Of a DNA stretch of 64,000 nucleotides, positions 1 through 13,889 are shown piece by piece. Source of the DNA: Octopus vulgaris. Taxonomy: Eukaryota. Each line of letters opens with the position of its first letter. Position 1 is the stretch's first letter. The stretch is from positions 18,972,001-19,036,000 of the forward strand of contig OX597814.1 in NCBI GenBank assembly GCA_951406725.2, written 5' to 3'. A program made the translations under genes and the position numbers. The notes beneath the pieces are model-generated. The model was not told the origin of the DNA. It was given only the letters and a program-made list of their open reading frames with translations, and searched no databases.

Positions 1-265
1 AAAATTGAGATTCATCAATAGTCTGTGTGTGTTTGTGTGTGTCTGCATGTGTTCGTGTGTGTGTGTGTGTGTATGTGTGTACATATATATAACACAGAGA
101 ACAGAGAGACACTTGTATATGTTCTATGTTGGAATGTAGACATACATATATAGGTTTCTCCACTTGAATGATCACGAGTAAATGTGTAGTATATGACTGC
201 ATATCTATGCGTATATTTATGCATACATTGACTGTTTGTATTTAATATTGCACGCACTATTAAAC

Positions 266-350
<85 letters not shown>

Positions 351-559
351 ACTAACTAACTAACTAAGAAACTAACTAACTATCTATCTATCTATCTATA
401 GAGATATGTTTCTTTATTAGCCACTCAGAGCTGAACACAGAGTGGACAAATTACAAAGTAGAGCCTTTCTTTTTGTGGAGAAAAAAATAATAGGTTTCCG
501 ATCAAAAGGGGTCGTAAAAAGAGAAAAGAAGTAGGGATCGTGTATCACAGAAATGTCAT

Positions 560-637
<78 letters not shown>

Positions 638-1147
638 TTGACAGACAGATAGCTAGCTAGCTAGATTGATTGATTGATTGATGGATGGATGGATTGATAA
701 ATGATGGGTGGATGGATAGATGTGATTATATATACACATTAAAGTAATGCATGAATTAAATACGTGTATTTAACATTGAATACATACACATATCCGAATG
801 TATAGATCTAAGCATGACGGAGTAAATGAAATATTTGTGTTGCAATCGTAAAGTGCCATGGAAGCATTTTGAACTAGTATTTTATTTTTCTTTAATGTTT
901 TTTTTTTAATATAGCTTAGGTCGATTCATATGTTTCATAGTTAAAATTGGATGAGATGGATTGCGCTAGCTCTGGGAGGATTCACCGTATCAGATTGCGT
1001 CACATGGAGTCAGTTACTAAGGAGACAAGTGTATTTGGAATACTCCACTACATACACAGAGGTAGTTAAGTTATTGAAACTAAAGGAAGAATTATCGTCG
1101 AAGCCAATGGAGTCAGATTTATTTAAGGCTTAAAGAGAATGGGAAGA

Positions 1148-1185
1148 TTTATGACGTTTCAGACATAGGTCCTTCATCAGAAGAA
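1148..1185 (-). ncRNA. Minimal type I hammerhead ribozyme motif (stem I decayed)
   Basis: Minus strand reads CTGATGA-A-GGAC-CTAT-GTCT-GAAAC-GTC: canonical core and 4-bp stem II; stem I pairs poorly. Confidence 0.6.
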
Positions 1186-1653
1186 AAATAGAAAAAATAT
1201 CAATAAATGAGAAAAGGCAATGAGAGATTATAAAAACAACGGCTGGTGGAAAAAAGAACAAAAAACGGGTAGGGAATGAGTTTAGGTATAAGAACGGGTG
1301 CAATAGAGGAGAGTAGAAGCGTGGGATGGTGGGACTGTGAGACAAGGATGTGTTGATAAAATCATGCAAATATATCCAATAAATCAGTGTTTATAAATAA
1401 TGTGTCTCGAATCAAATTCAACTATAGATAATAGTGTATAATGCATCAGAGTAAAAATTCATTTGACGAAAGTAAATGCAGAATGATGTCTGCGGGACTC
1501 GCTCCACGTTGCGTCTATTACCGGCACATACGTTCCACACATTCCTCCAGCAAATAAAATATTCCTTTTTATTTAAAGTTCGATGGAGAAACAGTATGTA
1601 AACGGAGTGAATAACAGCAAAAAACTTACGCACACACACATACATGTATTCAC

Positions 1654-1697
1654 CTTTCTTTATATTTTCTCGCAATGCCTTCCGCTTTTGTCGCCAT
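1654..1697 (-). CDS. Candidate first coding exon of an unidentified host gene (MATKAEGIARKYKE...)
   Basis: Minus strand: pyrimidine tract+TAAG acceptor before 1733, in-frame stop, atcATGGCG start, AAG|GTGAAT donor; no homology recognised. Confidence 0.25.
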
Positions 1698-1841
1698 GAT
1701 CCGTTACCTTCTAGTAACTCTTATGTATTTGATCTTAAATAAAACAAGTGCAGAAAACTTTCGATTCCCAAATCTTTATAAAATTTTACTATGCAGTAAT
1801 TTGGAATACAAACACATAAAAGTGGTATTTTGAACAACGCA

Positions 1842-1972
<131 letters not shown>

Positions 1973-3199
1973 ATATATATATATATGTATGTATGTATGT
2001 ATGTGCATATATATGTATATAATGTATGTATATATATATATGATCACACCAATATAGTTGATATAGTGACCCAATAAATTTGAATTAATTAGAATTGAAC
2101 TGATTCTTTGGGATGATATAATTGTAGACGAGAAAGCAAAAGTAGACAACTAAAATTTAAATTAAATGTCATTAAGTTGGCAGAGACGCTGATATTTGTC
2201 AAGAAGGGGTGATAGTTTTTGACATGTTTCACTGTTATTAGCCCTCATCAACGAACTATCGGAATTTTAGGCCTTAGAATATCTACAGATATACGGTGTA
2301 TTTGTTTATTTGTTGTGTATTTGCTTACTTCATCTATTTTTCTCTATATATCCTTCTCTTCTCACTCTCTCCCTCCATCACTTGCTCTCTTTCTCTCCTG
2401 TGTCTTCTTTCTATCCCCCTCTCTCTTTCCCATTTCTGTCCCCCTCCCCCTGTCCCCCTCTATTTCACATTGCTTATTTATATATATATATGTGTGTGTA
2501 CGTGTTCTTATGCATAAATATGTGTGATGGAAATCGAAACAGAGATAGAGAGAGAGAGAGAGAGAAGATGGAGAGAGAGAGAAGATGGAGAGAGAGAGAA
2601 GATGGAGAGAGAGAGAAGATGGAGAGAGAGAGAAGATGTATATGCGTGTGTATATGAATGTATGTATGTTTGTAGGTATTTATGTGTGTATGTATGTATG
2701 TATGTATGCATGCATGTACGTATATATTATACATGCGTACTTGGTTACTGTCTGATATGTATGCGTTTGTGGATGTAGGTTTTGCATGCGTGTTTCAATG
2801 TTCTCTAATTATTTTGTCATAATTGAGTTCAGTGGTCGAAAGGGGCTTCCTATCATAGTGCTGTTTGGAAGTCATACAACGTTGCAAATCAGGAAAGGTA
2901 ATTTCATCTAAATGATGTATATAATGATATTTCTCTCATAATTCACACAAATTCAACAAGTTTAAGGATAGTTACAAAACCAGAAGGGAAAATATGCAAC
3001 AAGCAGTAAATACTATTTCATATTTTTATATGTTAAGGCCATGCTGGAGTAAATGCTTTTCAGAGATTTCTTATAAAATAACTATTAATTTTAATACAGA
3101 CATGAAGTTACAGTGTGTTCGGGCTAAATTTGACAGATAATAATTAAAGAAAAAAAGTCAAAATTTGCCATCTAAAACTAAAAGTGCTTTTGTTTTTGA

Positions 3200-3720
3200 C
3201 AGAAGAAAATCAAGTTTATAGCTAGGAAGCCCTCTTCTTCCACTACGGCATAAATACAGCTCCGGAAACTAGTGCATACGTTCCTCTATGTATCCCTTGA
3301 TATTAGCCATCACCTCGGCCTTCGTATTGCAGGTAGAGCGGTAGGTGTCTCAACTGCGCCCCACACATACGAATTAATGTGTTTACAATAGGGGAAAGTA
3401 GGAGGGCAGAAATTGGGACTGGTGAAGTCGTAAATATCCTCCAATAAACATTTTTGTTTCTTTTCGGAAATATTGTAAGGAGCTGAATCTCGCTGCCATA
3501 GATATGGCCTTTCAGCAACAACCTATTCTAGCCAGGGATTGAGCAGTCTCCAGCAGCTTCACACAACCGCATGGAAATGAGCTCAAGGCCCTATTCAAGG
3601 TTATGCGGATGAAGCTCGATCTGTGGACGCAGTCCGAACAGCTGCTGTGTCCCTTCCTACTGGCCATGATTTCATAGATTCTGTTACTGCCTATCCATGT
3701 CATTTCTTAAATTTTTCGCA
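3200..3720 (-). pseudogene. Decayed Tc1/mariner transposase fragment
   Basis: Minus-strand translation PYLWQRDSAP..., YDFTSPNFCPPTFP..YVWGAVE, CNTKAEVMANIK resembles the QQDSAP / WPPNSPD..DYYVWG transposase C-terminus; frameshifted. Confidence 0.75.
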
Positions 3721-3810
3721 ACGTTCACAGAGCATCGAGTCGTAGTCATGATATCGACATTTTCATACCCAGCGCAAATTAACGTGATTCAAGTAAAGCT
3801 TTTCCAGTAT

Positions 3811-4216
3811 ACTCTTTTACTCTTTTATTAGTTTCAGTCATTTGACAGCGGCCATGCTGGAGCACCGCCTTTAATCGAGCAACTCGACCCCGGGACTTAT
3901 TCTTTCGTAAGCCCAGTACTTATTCTATCGGTCTCTTTTGCCGAACCGCTAAGTAACGGGGACATAAACACACCAGCATCGGTTGTCAAGCAATGCTAGG
4001 GGGACAAACACAGACACACAAACACACACACGCATATATATATATATATATACATACATACGACGGGCTTCTTTCAGTTTCCGTCTACCAAATCCACTCA
4101 CAAGGCTTTGGTCGGCCCGAGGCTATAGTAGAAGACACTTGCCCAAGGTGCCACGCAGTGGGACTGAACCCGGAACATTGTGGTTGGTAAACAAGCAACT
4201 TACCACACAGCCACTC
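3811..4216 (-). mobile_element. tRNA-derived SINE family A, near full length
   Basis: A-box TGGCTGTGTGGT and B-box GGTTCAGTCCC on minus strand, internal (TA)n/(TG)n, LINE-like tail; many near-identical copies in the window. Confidence 0.9.
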
Positions 4217-4239
4217 TCATATATTTAATATATAATTAT

Positions 4240-4613
4240 GTGAAGGCGCATGGCTCAGTGGTTAGAACGTCGAGCTTACGATCGTGAGGTTGTAAGTTCG
4301 ATTCCCTGCCCGGTCTGCGTGTTGTGTTCTTGAGCAAGACACTGTATTTCACGTTGCTCCAGTTCACTCAGCTGTAGAAATGAATTCTGACGTCACTGGT
4401 GCCAAGCTGCATCGGCCGTTGCCTTTCCCTTGGATAACATCGGTGGCGTGGAGAGAGGAGGCTGGTATGTAAGGGCGACCGCTGGTCTTCCATATAAAAA
4501 AATCAACCTTAGGTGTTGCTTACGTCACTGAAGCGACTTTCCTCCCAGGCTTGTACCCCAGAGGGGAACCTCTTAGGTGCAACCCATGGTAATTCGTGGC
4601 CGACGGAGTCGAG
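4240..4613 (+). mobile_element. tRNA-derived SINE family B with 16-bp TSD
   Basis: TGGCTCAGTGGTTAG and GTTCGATTCC boxes; TTTAATATATAATTAT at 4224-4239 and 4614-4629. Confidence 0.85.
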
Positions 4614-4734
4614 TTTAATATATAATTATATGTGATGGGCCTCTTTCAGTTTCCGTCTATCAAATACGCTCACATCATGATACAGGTGAACCTTTTCAAT
4701 AACCATATAAATAATGTATAATTATATATAAGAT

Positions 4735-4890
4735 GGGCTTTTATTTTTTTAGTTTCCGTCTGCCAAATCCACTCACGAGGTTTTGGTTGACCCGAGAATA
4801 TTGTACAAAACACTTGCCCTAGGTGCCACGCAGCAGGACTGAACCTGGGACCATGTAGTTGGAAAGCAAACTTCTTACCACACAGCCACA
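4735..4890 (-). mobile_element. SINE family A, head-only fragment
   Basis: Diverged match to the 4065-4216 segment. Confidence 0.75.
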
Positions 4891-5184
4891 GTATATTTTA
4901 TATATTGGTATTTTCACATATACATCTAAAATGCATTGTGATCTTAGTCAAATTCCTCAGAAATCAATTCCTATTGTTAAAAACCCAACATACTCCGGAT
5001 AATGTGGATTGTTATTTCTTAGATGACGTGCTACCACATAGATGCCTCCTCGCTGATTGCTAAGCCCTCAAAGAAATGGAATAAAATGAAGCGGGTGTAA
5101 GCAGATATTGAAACTGTGTCACTCACTCCGGTAACTGGGCAAGGCACCTTTCCTCGTCACCCAACAACACACATATATACTATC

Positions 5185-5393
5185 ACTCTTTTACTTGTTT
5201 CAGTCATTTGAATATGACCATGCTGGAGCACCGCTTTTAGTCGAGTAAATCGATCCCAGGACTTATTCTTTGTAAGCATAGTACTTATTTTATCGATCTC
5301 TTTTGCCGAACCGCTAAGTTACGGGGACGTAAACACACCAGCATCGGTTGTCAAGCGATGTTGGGAGGAACAGACACAGACACAGAAACATAT

Positions 5394-5478
<85 letters not shown>

Positions 5479-5641
5479 TACGACGGGCTTCTTTCAGTTT
5501 CCGTCTACCAAATCCACTCACAAGGCTTTGTTCGGCCCGAGGCTATAGTAGAAGATACTAGGCCAAGGTGCCACACAGTGGGACTGAACCCGGAACCACG
5601 TCGTTCGTAATCAAGCTACTTACCACACAGCCACTCCTACG
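5185..5641 (-). mobile_element. SINE family A, full length
   Basis: Colinear with 3811-4216 and 31319-31740. Confidence 0.9.
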
Positions 5642-5693
5642 TGATATACACGATATACACATATGATATGCACACACACACACACACTCATAC

Positions 5694-5784
<91 letters not shown>

Positions 5785-6653
5785 CAGAGACAGACAGACA
5801 GAGGCGCACATCCCTGTACACATCTATCTCTACGTTGCTTATTCATTTGACATATTCTAATTATCTGTAGAAACTTCAAATGAGAGACCAAACCAGGCAT
5901 GCTCTAAATAGTGCTCTAATTGCTTGAAAGAAATCATTTTGGTGGAACTAACATCCGTTAAATTCTTTATTTCTTAACCCTAATTAAAAAATGTTGGCAG
6001 TTTAATAAACTTTCTCTTTCATTTTAAAAGGGATTTCCTTTACGGCTTTGTGTTTTGTTGTCTTTGTTTTTTTCCTACCTTGCTTTACGTCTTCCTTTCT
6101 ATTTGTCTCCCTTTCTTACTCTCTTTCATACGTTTTTTTTTTTTTTTTTGTCTTTCAGAATTTAACTTCTGTTTCTTCTCCATTTCCTTTCATTTGTTGT
6201 TGTTGATTTTGCTGTTATTGTTTGTTTCTCACTATCGTACTTTTCTTTTCACTCTTGTCCTCCTCCTCCTCTTCTTCCGCAAAAAAAAAAAAAAATGAAT
6301 AAATGAAAAAAAAAATAAAATAAAATAAAAATAAAATCTCTTTGTGTGTAAATTAATTCTAAACGAGGTTTTATACTTCAAACCTACAAGACGGATGTTC
6401 AATCGTATTTGATACGGCAACTTTTATTAAAACTACCACTATCAATAGCTCTGTGGGTGTAACGTTTATCCGCCGTACACACACGGTGTTTGTTATGGTC
6501 CAAATGGCAACTAAGAATACATGTACATGTAAATACGCATACATATATATACATATATGTTTTCATACTCACCCATAAACACATACATATATAAATATGC
6601 ATGCATGTGTGCGTGTGTGTGTGTGTGCTATGTATATATATATGTATATAATG

Positions 6654-6788
<135 letters not shown>

Positions 6789-6795
6789 TACATAT

Positions 6796-6927
6796 CTGTG
6801 GAAGAGCGTAGGCTCGAAACGTAAAACGTAAAATACTTTTTTCTATTCCTGAGCGCTATACTAATACATTTGTTTGTTTGTACAGTACCTACCTTCGTCT
6901 TTTGTTTATTTTCGTAAACTTTCCCTT
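6796..6927 (+). mobile_element. PLE terminal-repeat (pLTR) fragment beginning with a hammerhead-like motif
   Basis: CTGTGGAA-GAGC-GTAG-GCTC-GAAAC-GTA, followed by a tail similar to the 3' end of the GIY-YIG element at 19097-19230. Confidence 0.75.
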
Positions 6928-7375
6928 TATATATACATATATATACATATTTATATATATATATATACATGTATATATGTATATACATATATATATAAAT
7001 GTGTTGGTATGTATGGATGGCTGTGTGTATGTGTATATATAATCCAATTGAGGGGTACTTTGAAAGGTTTTCAATTATACTTTTGTATTCTTTCTTGTTT
7101 CTTTTCCATATTCGTTTAGATTTTTCCCCAGCTATTTAAACTATTCAGAATTGCTAAACGTCGTAAGTGATTAAGGTATGAGGGGGCCACACTCAAAGAT
7201 TTCGATTTTTCTCTTTTGTTTTGTTGTTTTTGTTTTGTTCTGTTGTCCTCTCGTTTTGTTATCTCGATATATACATGACGAATGCTGGTGGGGCACAAAA
7301 GTTGCCTACAAGATAGCGCAATACATACATGCTAACAGATGCGCATACACACATAGAATATGTGTATGTGAGTAT

Positions 7376-7390
<15 letters not shown>

Positions 7391-7417
<27 letters not shown>

Positions 7418-7718
7418 ATCACGTGACCGACCAGACCATCAGATGTTGCTACACATCGCTGGTCACAATGCGTTCGCATTGTTTTTAGCCTTCGAATGAC
7501 GCCACCCCGCTGGCTAAGCGAGCAGGCCGACAGAAGAAAGAGTGAGAGAAAGAGTGGTGAAAGAGCAAAGCAGGGATCACCACCCCCTGCCGGAGCCTCG
7601 TGGAGCTGTTAGGTGTTTTCGCTCAATAAACACACACAACGCCCAATCTGGGAATCGATACCGCGATCCTACGACCGTGAGTCCGCTGCCCTAACCACTG
7701 GGCCATTGCACCTCCACA
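7391..7718 (-). mobile_element. tRNA-derived SINE family C
   Basis: Minus strand GTGGAGGTGCAATGGCCCAGTGGTTAGGGCAGCGGACTC...TCGATTCCC; head matches 57963-58107. Confidence 0.85.
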
Positions 7719-8340
7719 CACACACACACACACACACAAGTGCAAAGATTATTTGAGAACGTACGTTTCTAGATCAGCCATAATACATTTTCGTCAGCCC
7801 AAATTTCTTAATCCGGATTTGGAAACACTGAAAGTAGGAGATACCTTTGCAACTTTTCACCTCAGAAGATCCGTTCAAACTAATGCAACAAATATATAAG
7901 CGAAGAATTCCTTCCCGTTTTACCCCATACTCGTGAGTCATTTTGAGTAAGCACTATCTGAGAGAAATTTTTAAGTAAGAAATGGCTAAAAATTTTTTGG
8001 CTGTATTCTAATGGGTTCAGTATGTGGCAAAGTAATTTTTTTACTAAGCCTTTTATACAATGTAATATTTGAATTGCCTTAATGGTCCCTTTACATAATA
8101 CTTGTAAATTGATTAACTATATATATACATATATATATATGTGTGTGTGTATAATACGTCTATATATATATAATTTGAATGGAGGCAATTATAAATTGGA
8201 ACTTTTCTCAATTTGAGCACTTCGATTCTAGCCTGTTTCTGAGTATTGTTAATGTTAACAATCTCTATATAAAATAGCATACAATTTATATATAGTTTGT
8301 AGGAAAGTGCATGTATATTAAACCTTTACTATAGGAAAGA

Positions 8341-8382
8341 TAGTGAGTTCGAAGTTTCAACCACCTAGCCATCATCAGACTA
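8341..8382 (-). ncRNA. Type I hammerhead ribozyme motif
   Basis: TAGT-CTGATGA-T-GGCTA-GG-TGGTT-GAAA-CTTCGAAC-TC-ACTA: perfect 4-bp stem I, G-U-rich stem II, near-palindromic stem III with one mismatch. Confidence 0.7.
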
Positions 8383-8511
8383 TTTATTCCAGCAATGAAA
8401 TATTCGATATATACACATATACATATACACGCTCGATCGCTAAATCCGTACACATTTTTCTCCCTCCCTCTCCCCCCCTCTCTCTCTCTTTCTGTTTATT
8501 TTCTCTTACTC

Positions 8512-8637
8512 CTTTCTTGTGAAGAGCGTAGGCTCGAAACGTAAAAGACTTTCTCACATTCTCGAGCGTCAAACTAATACACCTGTTTGTTGTTCATACA
8601 CTTGTCTTCGTCTTTTGTTTTTGTGTAAATTTCAACT

Positions 8638-8638
<1 letters not shown>
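8512..8638 (+). mobile_element. PLE pLTR fragment with hammerhead-like motif
   Basis: CTTT-CTTGTGAA-GAGC-GTAG-GCTC-GAAAC-GTA-AAAG (8512-8547) plus family tail. Confidence 0.75.
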
Positions 8639-8689
<51 letters not shown>

Positions 8690-8838
8690 TTTCTCTTTTA
8701 CTTGTTTCAGTCATTTGACTGCGGCCATGCTGGAGCACCACCTTTAGTCGAGCAAATCGACCCCGGGACTTATTCTTTGTAAGCCCAGTACTTATTCTAT
8801 CGGTCTCTTTTTGCCGAACCGCTAAGTGACGGGGACGT
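8690..8838 (-). mobile_element. SINE family A, tail fragment
   Basis: Matches 3811-3965. Confidence 0.85.
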
Positions 8839-9034
8839 ATATATGTATGTATATATAAATATGTATATACTTACATACATTCAATCGGACACACTGACAC
8901 CCAGACATACACACATCCACACACACACATACTTACACTCACACATCCACACACACACATACTTACACAGACACACGCAGGCGCGTGCACATACATGCAT
9001 GTGCGCGTTCGCGCACGCATACACGCATGCATGC

Positions 9035-9841
9035 ACCACGCCCGTGGGTTCCCACTAGATCTCTTGTTCGTGTCTGGGGCCGGCGCGTTTCTTGGGTTCT
9101 CTTACGCCTGTCACCGCGGGAGCACTTTTCCATCTTTCCCTCAGTTGCAGTTTGTTTCCTTAATACCCCCACCTTTTTTTGTACACACACGCACACACAT
9201 ACATACACCCACTCCCACGCACTCACACACACACATTTGCATATATATATACATTACACTTACACACACTTCAAATTTACTTGCCATACATACAACTACG
9301 CACACTGGACACACACACACTACTCTCAACACGCACACGACACGAACATACGCCCCCACCCATTCCCTCCCTCCTCCTTTTTACCACTGACCACTGACTT
9401 GTGACTGCTATGTCAACTACCTTTCGGCCTACGTACACGCACTTACATACATACGCACGCACCAACATATACATATATTTTTTTATCTCGCCTTACACAC
9501 ACATACACACACGCACACGTACACATACATACACATTATTCTTCCCATTCATCGAGTGTTACCAACCTTCCTTTTTTCGCTCTTTTGTCTTTAAAAACCA
9601 GCATCTGTTATCCAAAACTTCCGGCTTTTCATCATGTTTACTTCGTAAAAACCAGTCGCGTTTTTTTCCCTCTGTTCGCCCACCTCGGGATCTTTCTTTC
9701 TTCCTTCTCTTATGTTTCCGACGAAGAGCTCCGCTCGAAACGTCATACCCTCCTTCTTCCCTCTTTCCTGAGCGCCTAATAATAATACTTTAATTGTTCC
9801 ACGTGTTGTTGTTTTTTCTGTTTTCCCGTTTGGATTAACCT

Positions 9842-9842
<1 letters not shown>
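9035..9842 (+). mobile_element. Decayed PLE 3' fragment with hammerhead-like motif at 9714-9748
   Basis: Remnant resembling the endonuclease C-terminus (..REHFSIF..LNTP) then GTTT-CCGACGAA-GAGC-TCC-GCTC-GAAAC-GTC-ATAC; tail matches 32715-32860 (minus). Confidence 0.65.
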
Positions 9843-9922
<80 letters not shown>

Positions 9923-10080
9923 CGAGAAATTGAGGTTATAAGAAGTAATGATGTCATTGAGACCCAAAGGTGTCAGGTAATTCTGAATAAGTGCTATAGA
10001 CAGACCATAGTTAAGTTCCAGGTTCGGTAATTTTGAGAATAAGGGGTTCAACGTTGGTTCTATGTCAGCGTGTGTATATA

Positions 10081-10380
10081 AGAATTTTTTGCGTAATGAG
10101 ATAAAAAAAAAACCCAAGGCTGTGTAGATATTAGAACATTTATAGATAGAAGGTCTTACAGCTGTTTCCAGGATATTTATTAATTATATCCCTTGATTTC
10201 TATCCCCACTCTCTATTTTGTATCCTATATAAACTATTACTTACCCATACTCTCACACCGTCTCCGATGAAGGGATACAATTAATAAATATCCTGGAAAT
10301 AGCTGTAAGACCTTCTATCTATAAATGTTCTCATATCTACACAGCCTTGGATTTTTTTATCTCATCACGCCAAAAATTCT
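10081..10380. repeat. Inverted repeat (~112-bp arms, ~75-nt spacer) of a hammerhead-bearing pLTR
   Basis: 10081-10194 is the reverse complement of 10270-10380 with few mismatches. Confidence 0.9.
10260..10311 (+). ncRNA. Type I hammerhead ribozyme motif, U4C core
   Basis: GTCT-CCGATGA-A-GGGATA..TATCCT-G-GAAA-TAGCTG-TA-AGAC; the inverted arm has the perfect palindrome ACAGCTGT. Confidence 0.75.
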
Positions 10381-10940
10381 GATACATATATATAGATAAA
10401 CATGCATGGAATCTGAAATGCAGTTAATAATACCTTGTGGAACTGAAGAAGCGGCATCAGTAATTAACACCCAAGTGCACACTAAGAAGTGAAATTTTGT
10501 TGCAGCATAAACATATATAAGTACAGAAATGGAATGACGTGATTAACTGCAAAATAAAACTGGATATATTAATATCTGCTCTCCATAATTTTTAATTTAT
10601 GTGTGTATGTGTATATATGTGTGTGAGAGTGTGTGTGCGAGAGAGAGTGTATGTGTATATATATGATTGTATATATATATGTGTATATACATATATATAT
10701 ATGTATATGTTTATGTGTATATATATATATATCTGTGTGTGTGTGTGTGATAGATACATATTTATATATATATATATTATCCGAAAACATACCATTAATT
10801 ATCCATCATGGTTGATTTTACCAATCGGTTTTGCGTAAATAATACGCTGGAGTATTAGGTACATATATATGTGTGTGTGTGTATGTGTGTGTGCGTGATA
10901 TATATATATGGGTGTCATATATGCGTGTGTGTGTGTGAAT

Positions 10941-11405
10941 GGGCATAGCTCAGTGGGTAGAGGTCAGGCTCACAATCATAAGGTAGTGAGATCGATTCCG
11001 GGCCCGGGAATATTAAACGAGACACTTAATTTCACGTAGTCCCAGTTCACTCAGCTGTACGAATGAGCTAGTTAGTTAGTTAATTTTTGGCTCAAAAAGC
11101 AAAAAAGCAAGGCCATGTAGGGGGACATGGAGTTTTGTACAGGGTGATGTTCATGTAAAGAGTTCAGGCCACTTGAGATCAAGGGAGACTTTGAACAAAG
11201 CGGTCGTCGGCATCTTCACCATCTCGTCTGGCAGCTTGTTCCACGGATCCGCAACTCGGACGAAACGTTAATGGTGATAAGCTTTATCGGCCTTTGCCTT
11301 TTCCTTAGATAACATCGGTGGTATGGAGAGGGGAGGCTGCTATGCATGGGTGGCTGTTGGTTTTCATAACCAATCTTGCCTGGACTTGTGCCTCCGGGGT
11401 AACTT
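10941..11405 (+). mobile_element. SINE family B copy interrupted by a LINE fragment
   Basis: 10941-11068 and ~11280-11405 match consecutive parts of 4243-4570. Confidence 0.7.
11069..11262 (-). mobile_element. CR1/L2-group LINE 3' end with (TAAC)n tail
   Basis: Reverse complement of ~32365-32560. Confidence 0.85.
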
Positions 11406-11758
11406 TCTTGATAGAATCCCAAAGAAAAGCGTCAGCAAGTAAAAACAAAAACGTAATCTTTGGAGAACTAGTTTTATTCGTTCAGTCGGAAGATCGACTG
11501 ACTCTGCACAAATTAAATATGCGGTAATCTCCCGGCTATCGCAGTTGTTATGTTCTAAAACTCTCCGTGAGAGGTGAAATCCGCGAAGTAGAAACAATAC
11601 TGTACTGTATTTTATTATTATTATATCTATAATTTGTATATGTTTCTTTTGTTATAAATGAAAATAACATCACGGAGGAATTGCCATAAGCTTAGATAAT
11701 ATATATATATCTAGTTTCACTCACGAACTGTCATGCTGGGCTCCTAGTTTCAGCTCAC

Positions 11759-11807
<49 letters not shown>

Positions 11808-11890
11808 TTTCTGTTTCTCGACTGGCCATGCTGGGGCACCGGCATTATAAATGTATACACGTATACATACATATACATTTATATATATAC

Positions 11891-11928
<38 letters not shown>

Positions 11929-11965
11929 GTATATGTGTATATGTATATGTATATATATACGTGTG

Positions 11966-12079
<114 letters not shown>

Positions 12080-12834
12080 TATATGCATATCATTGCAAGA
12101 GAAAAAAATTGATTTCACGAGACATTACTCTCGTTTTGATCCTTCATACATTTGTCCCTCGCCGGTGACATTCTGTGCATATAGTTGTTGTGCATCCTTA
12201 AGACGTCACATGCCTATGTGAGCACTCACTCTCCAAATGCTTGCGTAATGTACAGACAGGCAAAAATTGCTAAAGAATTCATAATTCTGGTGGCACTGTA
12301 TTAGTTAATGAAATTTTTAAAAATGGAGCTGAGGCAATCACTTTTCTGAGTGCGTGTGAGTGTAGATATTTCATTTTATGTCCCCATGTAAAAAAACTAC
12401 TTCTGTGCATGGAAATTTATAAACTTTAGCAAAATGGTATTCGGGAATTTCTTCTGCCGCATTCTTTTTCTATTTCGCATATGCTTATCTCTTTATAATG
12501 CAAATATGTCTGTGTGTGCAGACATCTACTACGGATCTGTATATCAGTGTATATTAATATATACACACACAGTTGAAACACTCCTATCACAACCTGGGAC
12601 CTTGAAGACTGCTTTGATGCAAGAAAGTATGCTAGTCCCTTAATATTTGATATTCAATATTTCATCTATTCAATAAGATACTCAATACTTCATTTCATTT
12701 TACTATATATACTATTTATACTATATATTCTATATTCTACATTAATATTATAAAGAATATAAATAAACCATAAAAAACAGAGTTGGAATTCCTTTGAATA
12801 ATATATATCCCTCTATACACAATCATACAAAGCT

Positions 12835-12892
<58 letters not shown>

Positions 12893-12931
12893 CATACATA
12901 GAGACCGAGAGAGAGACATGTATATCATTCG

Positions 12932-12969
<38 letters not shown>

Positions 12970-13790
12970 GTATATTATTTGAAAGAGAAGCACACATACG
13001 TGTGTTTATATTTATATATATGTGTGTGTGTGTGTGTGTGAATGTACATATGTATGCATTTACGAATATACACTCATTCTAACTAACATAAATTTTCGAA
13101 TGGATAATTAGATGAGACTACCATTGCTAATAAGTCTTCTTGCAGCAGGCTCCTGTGCATATATTTCCTCACATGTTAGTTTCCGCAAGACGCCTATGAG
13201 CTAATCAATTTATCTAACATCTGCAGCTAGAACTAGATTATTTATATTTGACTGAGGAGGTCCACAAAATATGAAACGTGCACCGATTTCTCATCGTAGT
13301 GATGAAGATCAGAATCTTTTCCGGAAAGCATACCGTAATTAATTAAAATTAATTAATTAAAATTTCAGCGTTGTCTACCCAAAGAATTTTTCTTGTTCCT
13401 TTTTATTTGCTTTCAAGTAAGAGCTAGTCATTTAGTATATGATTGTACGCATAAGTTTATAATTTTATGTAATTAAAATTCTTTGGATTACTATTTCTAT
13501 TTTACGTTCATTTTGCTGCTGCTGCTGCTTCTGTTGCTACTACTACTATATATATACATACACACACACAAACACACGCAAACACAGACATTTGTATATG
13601 TATGTTGTTACTAGGTGTATTACGTATGTACAAAGCCGTGATATACAATTTATATAGCTGTTAGTGCATTAGAGGTTTATACATCAATGTGTCTGTTTGT
13701 ATGTATGTATAAATGAGTGTATACATGTATGGATGAACGTGTGTATGCATATATATATGCATGTATGTATGTATGTATGTATGTATGTAT

Positions 13791-13889
<99 letters not shown>

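Noticed and set aside
4243-4320. tRNA gene-like sequences (also 7640-7718, 57963-58040)
   Set aside because: A/B boxes run into SINE bodies and there is no complete acceptor stem
13250-13285. CTGAGGA..GAAACGTGCAC hammerhead-like string
   Set aside because: Stems I and II do not pair; at most a relic
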